DNA of 26,729 nt from a virus. Lineage: Duplodnaviria > Caudoviricetes. The notes beneath the pieces are model-generated. The model saw nothing but the letters and a program-made list of their open reading frames with translations. It did no database searches and was not told the origin of the DNA. The translations under genes and the position numbers were made by a program. This document shows, in pieces, positions 1 to 8,451 of this stretch. The stretch spans positions 1 through 26,729 of IMG/VR virus record IMGVR_UViG_3300037133_000102; one strand, 5' to 3'. How positions within the stretch are numbered: position 1 is the stretch's first letter; every line of letters begins with the position of its first letter.

Positions 1-42
1 GACCACTTAAACTGGTCGCTGGGACCCCCCATTACAACACTC

Positions 43-78
43 CTCAAGAGAGGGTCCTTAAAACCCTCTCTCTTTGAG
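43..78. terminator. Imperfect hairpin, possible terminator upstream of the primase promoter
   Basis: GAGAGGGT (48-55) pairs with ACCCTCTC (63-70) and CTCAA (43-47) with TTGAG (74-78). An AT-rich stretch follows but there is no clear U-tract. Confidence 0.35.
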
Positions 79-149
79 TAATGAAATAACATGAAATCCA
101 TCTGATTGATTGTTGGCTTACAGACGGTTAAAACAAGACCGAGCAGGGT

Positions 150-185
150 GCCGCCTTGACAGGCGGCCCAGCCGAGTAGTAGGGT
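150..185 (+). promoter_or_regulatory. SigA/HrdB-type promoter with -35 inside an inverted repeat
   Basis: TTGACA (156-161)-N18-TAGGGT (180-185), 9 nt before ATG 195. GCCGCC (150-155) and GGCGGC (162-167) flank the -35. Confidence 0.6.
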
Positions 186-194
186 GGTACCCGT

Positions 195-824
195 ATGGAC
201 AAATCTTTAGCAACGACATTTTTACAGGTCATATTTGGTCGAGTTCCGGGTGATCAATGGGTATCCTGTTTCGCCATTGACCGGACCGCCAACCAGTCTG
301 CCCGAGCAGCCCAGAAGGTGCTGTGGTCCCGGGTTGATGAGATCCCGGAGTTGGTCGAGCGGCTAGCGCCGCTCTCCCCCGATCACTGCATCTGGTATGG
401 TGTGTCGTCCAGAAGGTCCAAACTTGAGTCAGGGAGAGGTGGCACAAACGACTGTGCACTCGTTCCCTGTCTCTGGGCAGATCTGGACGTTACTGGACCG
501 GGGCACAAGTCAGAGAACCTGCCCCCCACTGAAGCCGATGCCCTAAGTCTTCTCGCGTCTTTCCCGGAGCCATCGTTCGTGGTCCGCACGGGGGGTGGTC
601 TCCAACCTTACTGGATGCTCGACGAGCCGTGGCCAGTCGAGGAAGCGCTGCCGATCCTGGATCGGTGGTACTACACCTGGAAGGAGCTGTGCGATGAACG
701 CGGGTGGCACATTGACAACGTCTTTGACCCGGCTCGGATTTTGCGGCTTCCTTCGACCACCAATAACAAGGACCTGTCCGCACCTTTGCCGGTGACAATG
801 CTTCCCATGGCGCCAGTTGTCTAG
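195..824 (+). CDS. RepB-like DNA primase (AEP superfamily) catalytic domain
   Basis: LWADLD (DxD motif I), VVRTGGGLQPYW (motif II), DPARILRLPSTTNNK (motif III). Confidence 0.8.
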   Translation: MDKSLATTFLQVIFGRVPGDQWVSCFAIDRTANQSARAAQKVLWSRVDEIPELVERLAPLSPDHCIWYGVSSRRSKLESGRGGTNDCALVPCLWADLDVTGPGHKSENLPPTEADALSLLASFPEPSFVVRTGGGLQPYWMLDEPWPVEEALPILDRWYYTWKELCDERGWHIDNVFDPARILRLPSTTNNKDLSAPLPVTMLPMAPVV

Positions 825-856
825 GTTCCCGTCGTACAAGGCTGATTGGAACGTGA

Positions 857-985
857 AGACGTCAAGCGAGCCGACATCCCCTGGCCCGGCTGCTCGCCCA
901 GGACGCGGACATGTGGTACATGAACGCCGGCCACGATATCGAGCTGTTCCCCGAGGACCTACGCATCCAGGAGTACCCGTCATGA
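857..985 (+). pseudogene. Probable 3' remnant of a Gp37Gp68/DUF5131-family gene
   Basis: Frame reads ...MNAGHDIELFPEDLRIQEYPS*, resembling the recalled xGGDxxEWPEDLRVREFP C-terminus of that family. In-frame stop at 854-856 upstream; its TGA overlaps ATG 982. Confidence 0.45.
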
Positions 986-1542
986 GCAGCAGTTACCGCG
1001 ATCGGACTGAGCACGGCACCTGGCAGTTTGGCTGCGGCGCCCCGTTGGCGGACGGCAGTCGGTGCCCCAACGCCTGGTACCTCAAAAACCAGGTCCTGGT
1101 GTGCCCGTCGACGGAGCGTTGCGACAACTGCAAGGACTTTGGTCCTGGTGACCCGATGGACCTCGACGACATCAACGTGCCCGCCGAATTGGGCTGGTGC
1201 GGTTGCGGCCATCCCGACCTCGTCGATGATCTAATGCTCGCCTTCCTGACCGGCGTCGAGACCAGGTGGGCGGTGTGCCACGCGGCGCCAGCCGGACACG
1301 ACTGCGGCACCAACGAAGTCACCTTCCCTTACGGCATGAACTACGACGTGGCCACCCTGCTGGCCTACATCGCCGACGAGATCGGCTGGACCGAACACGG
1401 GGGCGCCGTTGGCGGTGAATGGTTGACGCCTGACGGCGAGGAAACGCTGGCCAACTTGAGGGCGAGGTTGGTCCTGGTCATGGATTATTTCGAAGACGGA
1501 GAGTGGAAGAGATGCTCAAAGAGAAAGTTTTGGCATGAGTGA
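982..1542 (+). CDS. Cys-rich phage hypothetical protein
   Basis: AGGAG before ATG 982 (preferred to the 817 start); WCGCGHP and WTEHGGAVGGEWLT motifs; strongly G/C-ending codons. Confidence 0.6.
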   Translation: MSSSYRDRTEHGTWQFGCGAPLADGSRCPNAWYLKNQVLVCPSTERCDNCKDFGPGDPMDLDDINVPAELGWCGCGHPDLVDDLMLAFLTGVETRWAVCHAAPAGHDCGTNEVTFPYGMNYDVATLLAYIADEIGWTEHGGAVGGEWLTPDGEETLANLRARLVLVMDYFEDGEWKRCSKRKFWHE

Positions 1543-3298
1543 CCTTAGTGTTTTTCAGAACTTTTACGTCTATACTAAGGACCAAATCCTGGCGTGCACG
1601 AAGGAGCGGCCCAAAACACCCGTCGTGATGTCCCAGCCGTGGAATGGTCCCATGCGAGCCGGCGACGAGTTTAACCGAGTGCACCGAATAGATGAAGTCC
1701 TAGCGCTGTTGGGCTTTACTCAGGCTCATACAGATGGGCAGGGTGTCCACTGGACTCGACCGGGAAAGGAGGTCTCCCAGGGGACTTCCGCTACCGTCTA
1801 CCATGATGCTCCGGATAGGGTTACTGTTTTTTCGAGCACGTGCACTGACATGTGGCCGTCCCTGGAAGTGAACCACCCGTACGACGCATTCGGGTTGTTG
1901 GTGGTGACCAAGTACGGCGGCGACTTCAGCATGGCGGCGGAGGATCTGCGCGATCTTGGATTTGGAACCGAGACAGATACAGGACCGTCCTTGATCGACG
2001 AACTGGGCGACTATCTGGCCGACATCGCGGCCACTATGGACGCAGTTGGCGAAACTGTTCCTAAAGGCGACGAGAGCACCAACGGATGGGATGTCGTCGA
2101 TCTTAGTGATCCTCGTTATGGCGTACCACCTCCGCCACCCGACCTGTTCGAGCGTTCTGACGGTGTCAACCTTCTGTATCGGGGGAGAATCCACTACTTC
2201 TATGGGAAAAGTGAGAGCGGCAAGTCGTGGGCTGCTCAGGTTGCCACGGTGTGGACGTTGCAGAAGGGTCGTTCGGTGGTCTACATCGACTTCGAGAACG
2301 ATGCCTGGTCGGTGAGGGAAAGGTTTGAGGCTTTAGGGCTTGACCTTGCAAAGACGAAGCACTTGCTTTCCTACTGCAGCCCTAACGGTCCTTACACCCC
2401 GATCCAGTGGGAGACTTTTAAGAAGAACCTGAAGGGAGCCGAACTGGTCATCATCGACGGTGTTTCTGACGGGATGAGCATGTTTGGACAGGATCCCTTG
2501 CTCAACTCTGACGCCGTCAAGTTTGACCGGGGTTTTCTACGTCCGCTTACATCCTTTGGGGCTGCCGTGGTGGCCATTGACCACACCCCCAAGAGCACAG
2601 AGGGCCCAGCAGCTGTTTTTGGGGCCCAGCACAAGAAGGCAGCCGTGACGGGGGCTATGTTCGAGTGCAGGGTCAAGAGCCCCTTTGGTCGAGGTATGGT
2701 CGGAACGTTGACGATGCGCCTGGAGAAGGACAAGCCGGGCTACATGCGTCAGCATACTTTGAACGGTATCATCGCCGAGCTCACCCTGACTTCTCACACG
2801 GATGGGTCCGTCGACGCCGAACTCAACCCTCCCGGGTCTGGCGGATGGCGTCCTACCATTATCATGGAGAACTTCTCTTTCTACCTAGAGCGTCACGCCG
2901 GGATCACGGCTCAGGAACTGAACACGCAGGGTACTCACATCCAGGACGTCAACGGACGCAAGAGGTCTATTGAGATCTTGTTGAAAGAGGGGTACATCAT
3001 CAAGGATCTCCACTCTCGGTTCTTCTCCAGGAAACCGTACCGGAAGGATGACGAGGGTCGTGCTTCGACAGCGTGGGCCCCTGTTGTACCGCCTGTCGAG
3101 CCGCCGGCTGTCTTCCAAACCACCTTCGAGGATATGGGACTTGATCGGGGTGTCCCCGATCTCCCCAAAGTACCCGTTCCTGGTACTCTCGGCTCTCCAC
3201 TGACACCCGTTCAGGTCGACCGGGAACAGGAGCTGCAGGACTACTTGTCCGACCCCGGTCTGGCTTTTTCTGACCTGGACGACATGGACCTGACTTGA
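1535..3298 (+). CDS. Replicative helicase, RecA-like/AAA_25 ATPase with primase-associated N-terminal domain
   Basis: Walker A YGKSESGKS, VVYIDFE, Walker B LVIIDG, IDHTPK, LEKDKPG; acidic Pro-rich C-terminal tail. Confidence 0.8.
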   Translation: MSDLSVFQNFYVYTKDQILACTKERPKTPVVMSQPWNGPMRAGDEFNRVHRIDEVLALLGFTQAHTDGQGVHWTRPGKEVSQGTSATVYHDAPDRVTVFSSTCTDMWPSLEVNHPYDAFGLLVVTKYGGDFSMAAEDLRDLGFGTETDTGPSLIDELGDYLADIAATMDAVGETVPKGDESTNGWDVVDLSDPRYGVPPPPPDLFERSDGVNLLYRGRIHYFYGKSESGKSWAAQVATVWTLQKGRSVVYIDFENDAWSVRERFEALGLDLAKTKHLLSYCSPNGPYTPIQWETFKKNLKGAELVIIDGVSDGMSMFGQDPLLNSDAVKFDRGFLRPLTSFGAAVVAIDHTPKSTEGPAAVFGAQHKKAAVTGAMFECRVKSPFGRGMVGTLTMRLEKDKPGYMRQHTLNGIIAELTLTSHTDGSVDAELNPPGSGGWRPTIIMENFSFYLERHAGITAQELNTQGTHIQDVNGRKRSIEILLKEGYIIKDLHSRFFSRKPYRKDDEGRASTAWAPVVPPVEPPAVFQTTFEDMGLDRGVPDLPKVPVPGTLGSPLTPVQVDREQELQDYLSDPGLAFSDLDDMDLT

Positions 3299-3322
3299 CA
3301 TCGTCGTCAGATGTGCTAGTCT
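3290..3322 (+). promoter_or_regulatory. SigA-type promoter (CTGACTTGAC class)
   Basis: TTGACA (3295-3300)-N16-TAGTCT (3317-3322) with TGn extended -10. Confidence 0.6.
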
Positions 3323-3352
3323 AAATAACGAGAACCAACCCAAGGAGTCCCC

Positions 3353-3961
3353 TTGACATCACTGGTAGTAAAGTTAGTCCCCCCATCCGTCTTCACTAAA
3401 CTGGTCACCCTGATCAAGGCCCACTTCATCAAGTTCCTGATTGCGGGCATCCCGACAGCGTTGGCCCTTTGGCGACCCAACCATACGTTCACGTCGGTCA
3501 GCGCTCAAACCGTGCTGGTTTCCGGCGGCTTCCTGCTGGCGTCTCTAGTCCATGTTGTAGAGATCGGTGTCAAGAACCTGAAGGAGTACGGTCTATCCAA
3601 GACGGCCCTCCAGAAGACTTATACTGAGGATGAAGCTTGGGTGAAGAACAACGCCACTGCTGTACGTACGGCTTTCTCGAAGACTGACGCTGCCCTGGAT
3701 ACCATTCCCGGGATCCCGGCTATTGTGGCTGGTCTGAAGAGCGACGTCGTCGACCTGCGTTCTCGTGTACCCGCCATTGACATCACTGCCATTGAGAACG
3801 TTGTTCGGGGTTACTTGGACAAAGATAAGAAGCCGGCAGTGGCAGTCGCTCCATTCACGCCTACTGCTACCGTCCTGGCCGAAACTCGTCAAAACGAATC
3901 AGCTGTTGGAGACGTTGCCGTTCCGCCACATGCGCCCGATGGCATAACCACCGGCGTCTAA
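3353..3961 (+). CDS. Membrane protein, possibly holin-like
   Basis: AAGGAG RBS before TTG; two hydrophobic segments (FLIAGIPTALALW; TVLVSGGFLLASLVHVV) then a soluble helical tail. Holin function is only a guess. Confidence 0.5.
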   Translation: MTSLVVKLVPPSVFTKLVTLIKAHFIKFLIAGIPTALALWRPNHTFTSVSAQTVLVSGGFLLASLVHVVEIGVKNLKEYGLSKTALQKTYTEDEAWVKNNATAVRTAFSKTDAALDTIPGIPAIVAGLKSDVVDLRSRVPAIDITAIENVVRGYLDKDKKPAVAVAPFTPTATVLAETRQNESAVGDVAVPPHAPDGITTGV

Positions 3962-3973
3962 GTTCTTCACCAA

Positions 3974-4045
3974 TCTAGGGTAGCTCAATGGTAGAGCGCT
4001 CGCCTGTTAAGCGAGAGGTTGTTGGTTCGATCCCAACCCCTGGAG
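3974..4045 (+). tRNA. trnN: tRNA-Asn (anticodon GUU), no encoded CCA
   Basis: Acceptor TCTAGGG/CCCTGGA, D arm GCTC-AATGGTA-GAGC, anticodon arm CTCGC-CTGTTAA-GCGAG, T arm GTTGG-TTCGATC-CCAAC, U1-A72 pair and G73. Confidence 0.95.
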
Positions 4046-4149
4046 CGTAGGTCTACTGCCACTCAACAGCCAGATGCTGATTGGTAGGCCCGCAAGCGGG
4101 GACTGGTCTGGAACTTCAGTCCCCGTGAGGGTTCTCTCAAGGAGGAATT

Positions 4150-4335
4150 ATGACTGAATTCGTTGATCTTCAACTAGCCAAGAGACTGCGTGACGAGGAT
4201 CATTTCCTGTCTGGTTGTCTCGATGTGACACGACCTGGGACTACGGCTGATCTTATATGGGAGAGGCGTACCGAAATTCGTAGCCACTTCGCTGAAGGCA
4301 ACATCCAGGGGGAGCTACTCGTATGCCCCTCATAG
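4150..4335 (+). CDS. Hypothetical protein (61 aa)
   Basis: Strong AAGGAGG RBS before ATG. Confidence 0.6.
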   Translation: MTEFVDLQLAKRLRDEDHFLSGCLDVTRPGTTADLIWERRTEIRSHFAEGNIQGELLVCPS

Positions 4336-4394
4336 AATTACACACGACCATCGGTCTCCTTGCCGCTGCTCTCAAGACGGACTGAGGGGAAAGC

Positions 4395-4928
4395 GTGAAC
4401 GACAATGACTACCGAGACGGCTGGACGCCAGAGGTGCGAGCACACCTGCTCGACAATATCGAGAGCCTTCGCCGCGAGATGACCTCCATAATGAACGAGC
4501 GAGACCGACGGTACACGGAGCGCTCAAGCCAGCAGGACAAGGCCGTGGTCGACGCCCTTGCTGCCGCCGAGAAAGCGGTCAACGCGGCGCTGGTGGCGGC
4601 TGACAAGGCTGTGAACAAGGAGGAGACCAACGCCCAGGTGTGGCGTAACAGTGCCAACGAGTGGCGCCAAGCGATGAACGACCGGGAGACCAGGTTCCTC
4701 GGTAAGGATGAGGCGGCTCTGATGGTGCAGGGCATCACTGATCGGGTAACCAAGATAGAGAAGGCGGGCGCCACGGCTGTAGGGCGCCAGGAGGGCATCT
4801 CATCGGCAGAGGCAGTCCAGATCCGACAGCGGACCGACCGGACGAACCAGACGATGGTCCTGCTGTTCGCGATGTCCACGCTCGTGGGGATCGTCGCCGT
4901 CATCTTGTCTATCGTGCTCAAGACCTAG
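4395..4928 (+). CDS. Coiled-coil protein with C-terminal transmembrane anchor
   Basis: Ala-rich repeat ALAAAEKAVNAALVAADKAVNK; hydrophobic C-terminus MVLLFAMSTLVGIVAVILSIVL. Confidence 0.7.
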   Translation: MNDNDYRDGWTPEVRAHLLDNIESLRREMTSIMNERDRRYTERSSQQDKAVVDALAAAEKAVNAALVAADKAVNKEETNAQVWRNSANEWRQAMNDRETRFLGKDEAALMVQGITDRVTKIEKAGATAVGRQEGISSAEAVQIRQRTDRTNQTMVLLFAMSTLVGIVAVILSIVLKT

Positions 4929-4940
4929 AAACGACTCCTC

Positions 4941-5219
4941 GTGCCATTTCTGCCGCTCCCGCCTCCCGATTGTGAGGGGGCTTACACCGAATACCAGGTG
5001 GTTAAGATCTTTGGTGATCTCCTACCGGAGTTCCATCGCTGGATGGTTGGACAGACAATGCCCATCTGTAATGGCCGGCGGTGGGATCCTTTTAACCAGA
5101 AGTACCAGCAGGCATGCGGTGGCATCTCTCACGGTCCTTGTTACTACGATTGTGACGTAGTCGAATTTGCAGAAGGTAAGGACCGTGGGTTGGAGAACGT
5201 ACCCGTGACGGACTGGTGA
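4941..5219 (+). CDS. Small Cys/His-containing hypothetical protein
   Basis: Stop overlaps the start of the first glycosyltransferase (GTGA). Confidence 0.6.
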   Translation: MPFLPLPPPDCEGAYTEYQVVKIFGDLLPEFHRWMVGQTMPICNGRRWDPFNQKYQQACGGISHGPCYYDCDVVEFAEGKDRGLENVPVTDW

Positions 5220-5974
5220 TGGCAGATCTTGTCATAGGGGCGCCAGCGCGGCGTCGGGAGTGGATTATCGAGCCGTACCTTGAGCACGTCATGGAGGCTT
5301 GTGGTCAGGCGCACGTGGAACCCGAGTTCGTTTTTGTCGTACCGAAAGACGATCCCACAATCGACCTTATCCGGTCTCGTATGTCCGAGCCGTTTGCTGG
5401 TGGCGCAAAGGTGGACTTCATCTTGACCGATGAAGAGCCGGCGCCTCATGACAAACGAACGTGGGGACCAGTCAGGCTGAGGCTCATGGTTGACCTCAGG
5501 AACCGGCTGCTGAGGCGCGTGAGGCAGTTGGCGCCTTTGGCGTTCCTCTCCCTAGATACGGACATCCTTATCGCTCCTGGGGCAATCCAGGCGGCGTTGG
5601 AGGGACTACAGTGCTATAGGGGTACGGACGTGTCTGGCAAACCCTGGCAGTATGACGCCGTGGGGATGCGGACCTACATGAGCATCTTGGGAAATCAATT
5701 CCCCTCCCAGGGGCAGCTCGTGAACAACCATTTGATGAACCGGACAGATTGGATAAAGGGTACACACCCTGCTGACGTGATTATGGCGGCCAAGCTGATG
5801 GGCCCAGCGGCGTACAAAGTGGATTACGAGTTTCACACTGAAGGTGAAGACGTCGGTTGGTCAGTTGCTTGTGCCCGGTTTGGAGTTAAGCTGGGTTACT
5901 GTGCTGATGCTAAAGCTAAGCATGTCATGCGTCCCATAGACCTTACTGCACTCGATGAGAGGGTTGGGTTCTGA
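5216..5974 (+). CDS. Glycosyltransferase 1 (GT-A fold)
   Basis: LRNRLL, FLSLDTDIL (DxD), GEDVGWS (catalytic ED), terminal KHVM. Confidence 0.7.
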   Translation: MMADLVIGAPARRREWIIEPYLEHVMEACGQAHVEPEFVFVVPKDDPTIDLIRSRMSEPFAGGAKVDFILTDEEPAPHDKRTWGPVRLRLMVDLRNRLLRRVRQLAPLAFLSLDTDILIAPGAIQAALEGLQCYRGTDVSGKPWQYDAVGMRTYMSILGNQFPSQGQLVNNHLMNRTDWIKGTHPADVIMAAKLMGPAAYKVDYEFHTEGEDVGWSVACARFGVKLGYCADAKAKHVMRPIDLTALDERVGF

Positions 5975-6174
5975 TGGAGGAAGAAACCAGGATCCATATG
6001 GTACCGGACAAGCCGCCGCCCGATGGCTGGGTATTCGGGCATCGAGTTGCTCTCCCAGACGGTAATGAGCGAGTGTTGTGGATGAGCCCCGACAAGTCGC
6101 AACATATATGGATAAGATCTCAGGCCGTACCTCAACATCGCACGGTCACTGAATGGATCAACGATATGCCATGA
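5974..6174 (+). CDS. Small hypothetical protein inside the GT operon
   Basis: Coupled by TGATG upstream and ATGA downstream. Confidence 0.55.
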   Translation: MEEETRIHMVPDKPPPDGWVFGHRVALPDGNERVLWMSPDKSQHIWIRSQAVPQHRTVTEWINDMP

Positions 6175-6977
6175 GCATCGGCGTTGTCGTTGTCGCGTAT
6201 CACGACATGAGCGATCTGCGCGGGTTCCTCGAATCCTTTCAGTCCTTTCGTTCTCAGGTCGAGACTTCTCTGGTGATATCGTTGGTTGATACCAATGAGG
6301 CCGAATGCAGGATAGTAGATAATCTGATTACCAAGTACTGTTCGGGCCAGGTCCAGTGGCGTTCCTTTTCAGAAAATATAGGCTACGCTCGGGCGTGTAA
6401 TGATGCTGTCGCGCAGTGGGTCGATGATCCTGAGATAACGACGTATGCCCTTTTCAACGCTGACACTGAACTGCGTTCGGGCGTGCTTGACGGTTGTAAT
6501 GAACTGCTGTGGTCCGATCCGACGTACGGAATCGTCGGTCCCCGCCAGGTGGACCGGAGCGGTTTTCTGACCCACTCCGGGATTGTGGGACCGCCTCCTC
6601 GATTTCGTTCCTGGAAAGACTCTGGTAGGGATGGCCGATGGAGTGATACCCTGACCGATGCCTGGAGTGTTGTCGGGTCGGCTTACTTTGTGAAGGCGCC
6701 TGTCTGGTGGGAGCTGGCTCATTGTCCGATCTATCGGGAAGTGGACCCCACTTCGGAGGGAGCCTTTCTGGTCACCGATCTCTACTTTGAGGACGAGTGG
6801 TGCAGCCGGCATGCTGTTGCGCATGGGTACAAGGTCGTTTTTGCCGGAGGTTTTACGATGATGCACACCCAAGGCGGAGCCTCCCCGGATAGGACTCAGG
6901 TGATACAGAAGATGAAAAAGTCGCAAGTGATATACGAGAACGCTTGTGCTGTGCATGAGATTGTGAGTGGAAAATGA
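6171..6977 (+). CDS. Glycosyltransferase 2 (GT2, WbbL/RfbF-like)
   Basis: VVVVAYH, ENIGYARACN, LFNADT, GIVGP, LYFEDEWC, HTQGGAS. Confidence 0.85.
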   Translation: MSIGVVVVAYHDMSDLRGFLESFQSFRSQVETSLVISLVDTNEAECRIVDNLITKYCSGQVQWRSFSENIGYARACNDAVAQWVDDPEITTYALFNADTELRSGVLDGCNELLWSDPTYGIVGPRQVDRSGFLTHSGIVGPPPRFRSWKDSGRDGRWSDTLTDAWSVVGSAYFVKAPVWWELAHCPIYREVDPTSEGAFLVTDLYFEDEWCSRHAVAHGYKVVFAGGFTMMHTQGGASPDRTQVIQKMKKSQVIYENACAVHEIVSGK

Positions 6978-7816
6978 TGAAAGATGTTGCCGAAGGCGTA
7001 AAACCCCAAAAAAAACCCGGCTGGAGGGCTCCGGGGGCGGTCTTGGCTGTTGTCGTTTCTTACGGGAACCCCGAACTGACTCTTAATGCCGTGAACGCGT
7101 TGGTTCGGCAGCGTGGTGTCAACATTCGAATTGTTGTGTGGGACAATTTCTACGCTGACGATACCCGAGATACCTTGGCAACCAAACTTCCAATCCGGGT
7201 TACTTTGCATTGTTCTCCCAATATCCTGTGGTCGCCGGCTATCAATGCGGCCGTCAAACAGCATTGGGATGGCGAGGACTTTCTCCTTTTTCAGAACAAC
7301 GATTTAACTTTGCCCGCACCGAATGGCGTGAGAACATTGAAGAGTGTTTTTGAGCTGTACCCTGATGCCGGAATAGTAGCGCCTATGACACCAGCCCTGG
7401 GTGGCCCCCAGGATCCGTTGCAATGCACAGATCGGTCGAAGCCGATTAGGACCGCCTTTGTCTTGGGTGCCTGCACTATGGTGCCGTACAAGGTTTGGAC
7501 TGAGGTCGGACCTTTAGATCCTGAGATGCCGCTTGGTGCTGACGATCACGACTACTGCATACGCGTCAAACACGCTGGTTACAGTATTTGGGTGGATCCC
7601 CGGGTGGGGGCCGGGCACAAGGGACACGCCTCGGGGTTTTCTGATACGTGGGAGAAGTACGGGGGTCAGAGCTGGGCCCGGTTCAACGAGAAGTGGGGTG
7701 GCTACTACGCCACAGATGAAGAGGCTTGTCGTGCCCACTGGGACGGTATCTACGTGCCTGGGTTTGAAAAGGGTACGGGATGGACGGAAGCAAAGTACAA
7801 GGAGAGGACGAATTGA
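6974..7816 (+). CDS. Glycosyltransferase 3 (GT2, WbbL/RfbF-like)
   Basis: VVVSYG, IVVWDN, FQNNDL, GIVAP, FVLGACTMV, GADDHDYCIR, HKGHAS. Confidence 0.85.
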   Translation: MMKDVAEGVKPQKKPGWRAPGAVLAVVVSYGNPELTLNAVNALVRQRGVNIRIVVWDNFYADDTRDTLATKLPIRVTLHCSPNILWSPAINAAVKQHWDGEDFLLFQNNDLTLPAPNGVRTLKSVFELYPDAGIVAPMTPALGGPQDPLQCTDRSKPIRTAFVLGACTMVPYKVWTEVGPLDPEMPLGADDHDYCIRVKHAGYSIWVDPRVGAGHKGHASGFSDTWEKYGGQSWARFNEKWGGYYATDEEACRAHWDGIYVPGFEKGTGWTEAKYKERTN

Positions 7817-8451
7817 CGCATCCCATGAGGGCGCCCATCACTGTCATAACCGCAACCATCCCCGGTCGAGAGGAGCGGTTATCCCAAACGGTCAAGAGCG
7901 TTTATGCTCAAACCATTGAGGTTGAGTCCCAATTAATTATGGCACAGTCATGCAGCGAAGGTTTCCCCGGGCCGGCGCATTGCGCTATGCAACAAAACGC
8001 CTTGCTTGCAGCTGTCACGACGACCTGGGTAATGCGGCTTGCCGACGACGACCTTTTACTTCGGCACCATATATCTACACTGCTTCCCTTTCTGACTGAT
8101 GAGTTCGATGTTGTCTATAGTTGGGATGCTACTGGGAACCGACCACGGGAAGACTGTACGAACTGGAGCCGAGAGGAACTCATCGCTCAGTTCGCTGTCC
8201 GTAATTGGATCGATGCCAGTGCTGTTGCCTTCCGGATGAACCTGCTCCGACGCGTTGGCGGGTGGCCGACGAATTACGAAGGGACGCCGCCTTTTCAGGG
8301 GCATTTTCTTGGCATAGAGGCTACTTGTGAAGATCACGGTGGTTTTTACCTTCTAGCCCGAGCGGGCGCCCGGTTCCGCTGTGTCCCCGAGGAGACTTGG
8401 CAATATCAGGCGGGAGCATGGGATCGTATCTCTAACGGGAACGTTCGATGA
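7813..8451 (+). CDS. Glycosyltransferase 4 (GT2)
   Basis: ITVITAT, SVYAQT, RLADDDLL (DxD), RVGGW, CEDH; TTGA overlap start with RBS. Confidence 0.8.
   Translation: MTHPMRAPITVITATIPGREERLSQTVKSVYAQTIEVESQLIMAQSCSEGFPGPAHCAMQQNALLAAVTTTWVMRLADDDLLLRHHISTLLPFLTDEFDVVYSWDATGNRPREDCTNWSREELIAQFAVRNWIDASAVAFRMNLLRRVGGWPTNYEGTPPFQGHFLGIEATCEDHGGFYLLARAGARFRCVPEETWQYQAGAWDRISNGNVR

Noticed and set aside
3974-4045. tRNA as prophage attachment site
   Set aside because: No duplicated tRNA 3' end or integrase seen, and phage-like genes lie on both sides.
4047-4135. Hammerhead ribozyme or second tRNA
   Set aside because: No CUGAnGA/GAAA core and no T-loop/cloverleaf; kept only as an unassigned structure.
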